Positions 61,651 through 64,000 of a stretch of DNA of 64,000 nt are shown piece by piece. Every line of letters begins with the position of its first letter. Position 1 is the stretch's first letter. A model generated the notes under the pieces. It saw only the letters and a list, made by a program, of their open reading frames with translations. It ran no database searches and had not been told where the DNA came from. Location of the stretch: positions 28,086,001-28,150,000 of the forward strand of contig NC_086118.1 in the NCBI RefSeq assembly GCF_963921235.1, in the 5' to 3' direction. A program made the position numbers and the translations under genes. Source of the DNA: Mobula hypostoma (Eukaryota).

Positions 61651-64000
61651 GACAGACCTGTGTGCAATTGAATTGCTGGCTGGGGTTGCTTTTGTGTCCT
61701 TGATGTGTGAATGTGGTTTGGAACTTGTTGAGGGAAAGAGTGGGGAAGGAGCGGGAATTGTTGGGAGGGGATGGTGTGGGTCTGGTAATGGCGGACAATG
61801 TAAGGCGGGGGTGAGGGAAAGAGTGGAGAAGAAGCGGGATAGGGATTCGGGATCAGAGGTGGGCAGCTGGGGAGAAGTAGATTATTGTGAAAGGAGAAGT
61901 AAAGGGAATGAGGAGATAGAGGGGATGGATGGATGAATGAAAACTGAGACAAAGGGAATAAAAGAATAAGATGACTGGAGAGAGCTCTGAAAGTGAGGAA
62001 GATGAACGAGTTCAGAGAGAAGGTGTTGTCATAATTAGGTTTAATGGAAAGGCTCAGGGACATATGAAGAAAATTAACCCATTTGTGCTAACAACAACTC
62101 TGGCAAATAATATGCGGGAAATAGTATTTGCAAAAGTCCTTAATGATGGCAACCTATTGGTTAGATGTGCGAATGAGGAACAACTTGAGAAAGCACTCAA
62201 GCTAAAAGAGATAGGAAAATGCAAGGTGGAATACACAGGGAGGGTGGGAGCACAAAATAGTGGTTGTAAAGGAGTGATCACGGGGGTACCAATGAGTATA
62301 AATATGGAGGCGTTAAAGAGGAATATCAAAGGAGGAAAAGTAATGAACGTTCATAGACTGAAAACAAAGGAGGGAGTGAAAAAGGAAAGTGAATCAGTAT
62401 TGATTGAATTTGAAGAGTACCAAGGAAGGTGTTCCTGGGTTTCATGAATTACCCAGTAAGGGTGTATGTGCCAAAGCCATTGAGGTGCTATAATTGTCAA
62501 AGGTTTGGACACATAGCCAAAAACTGTAAAAGGTAGAGGGAGATGTACTAGACGTGGGGGTGACTATGTATATGGAAAATGCGGAACAGGAGTGCAACCA
62601 AAATGCTGCAATTGTGGAGGAGCTCATAATGTGGCATATAGTGGGTCTGAGGTTATGAGGAGGGAGAATAAAATTCAAGAAATAAGAGTGAAAAGAAAGA
62701 TCACTTATGCAGAAGCTGTAACAATGTCAAGAGAACAGAATAATGCTCCTAATGAACAGGGAGCAATAGAGATGCGAGAGATGCAACAAAGAACAAATGA
62801 CAGGATTTATGTAGACAAAAAGGCTCTAGTAACATTCATTGCAGGAGTGATTAATAGTACGGCTGAGGTAAAGTCAAAAAATGACAAAATTCAGCTGGTG
62901 GTCAAAGCAGTAGTAAACCATTTAGGGTTAGTAGGACTGTCATGGGAGGAAGTGAGGGAGAACCTCACTAATCAGTCAAGCCAGGAAGTGTCATGAGTTG
63001 GTTAATACTAATTATGGTGATTCTTTTGCAATGGAATGCAGGAGCTTACTGGACAATAGCCAGGAATTCAAGCACTTTATTAAAGAAATGGTTGTAAAAC
63101 CAGATGTAGTGTGTATTCAGGAAACTTGGTTGAAACCAACTTTAGACTTTGTGGTATATAGGTATACAATGATACGGAAAGATAGAAATCTAGGGGGAGG
63201 AGGGGGTTGTGCTGTGTTAATCAAGCAAGGCATACCATATAGAGTACTGGAAAAAGGAGATGATCAGGAATACATAGTGGTGGAACTGTGGGAAAGAGGG
63301 GAGGCTGTGGTTGTAATTAACGAAAATCCATGTAAAAGGTTGGATTTGGACAGCCTATTAAGGATACAAGGACAAAATAGACATAAGGTAGTGTGGTGTG
63401 CAGATTTCAATGCTCATTGCACAATATGGGGGGATCTGATTACAGATCCAAATGGAAAGGTAATTGAAGATTTGATGGAAGAAAGGGATTTGGTGTGTAT
63501 GGGTGATGGTAGAGGAACAAGGATAGACATAACAACAGGAACTGAGTCAGTGTTAGATATTATGTTAGTGTCTAATACCTTGGCTGGTGTTAGTAACTGG
63601 GGAGTTTGAACTGCTTCAATAGTAGGCAGTGATCACTACCCAGTTTTATGTTCAGTGAGTGAAAGAGTTGAAGTAAGACCAGGTGGGTGTTTGGAAAAGC
63701 AGATAGGGGTAAGTTCCAGAAGTTGAGTGAAGAAGCATTGACGAAGATTGACATTTCTGGAAATGTAGATGAAGTAAACAGTCAGGTGACTTCAGCAATT
63801 ATGGCAGCAGAAGGATCTATACCCAGGAGTAAAAATAGGATGAATAGGAAACTGGTACCATGGTGGACAGAGGAATGTTGTCAGGTTGTGAAAAAAACAG
63901 AAATAGAGCATTCAGGCTAGTTAAAAGAACCCATAATATGCAGCATTTGATTCAATATAAGAAGGCACAGGCAGTGGTGAGAAGAACTATGTCGAGCTAA
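61651..64000 (+). mobile_element. Second Nimb/I LINE, 5' part (ORF1 and ORF2 endonuclease), running off the window
   Basis: ORF1 pieces 61971-62996 (RCYNCQRFGH, KCCNCGGAH); endonuclease 62998-63640 (PDVVCIQETWL, DFNAH, SDHYP). Confidence 0.88.

Noticed and set aside
61413-62063. 216-aa Pro/Ser/Leu-rich minus-strand ORF
   Set aside because: It is the antisense of the purine-rich Nimb 3'/5' junction, so the composition is an artefact.

Overview
Vertebrate genomic DNA, mostly nested transposable elements. The repeat mix (CR1, Penelope, Nimb/I, Rex/Babar, L1, Tc1, hAT, Chapaev3, ERV) suggests a cartilaginous fish, probably a ray; this is inferred, not shown. One apparently intact host gene is present: a + strand B7/CD276-like Ig-superfamily type I membrane protein. 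Its coding exons are 37800-37881, 37966-38292, 39190-39474, 40888-41034, 43926-43960 and 44062-44067 (about 293 aa). It has a non-canonical IgV domain and an upstream NF-kB-like plus IRF/ISRE cassette. Remnants of a second, dead paralog lie upstream (half IgC exon 21081-21243, TM exon 23809-23949). Block 4709-~18640 is duplicated at 47169-~54635, and each copy carries its own later insertions. Two classes of predicted self-cleaving ribozyme occur: an HDV-like double pseudoknot at the 5' end of a TSD-flanked non-coding retroposon (2338-2520, minus strand), and several Penelope-type minimal hammerheads. Other notable items are a deleted class I ERV with a tRNA-Arg PBS, an ORF1-only Nimb-like element with coiled-coil cargo, and a 54-bp minisatellite. 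Boundaries without a stated TSD, TIR or splice site are approximate, and family names come from motif recognition without database searches.
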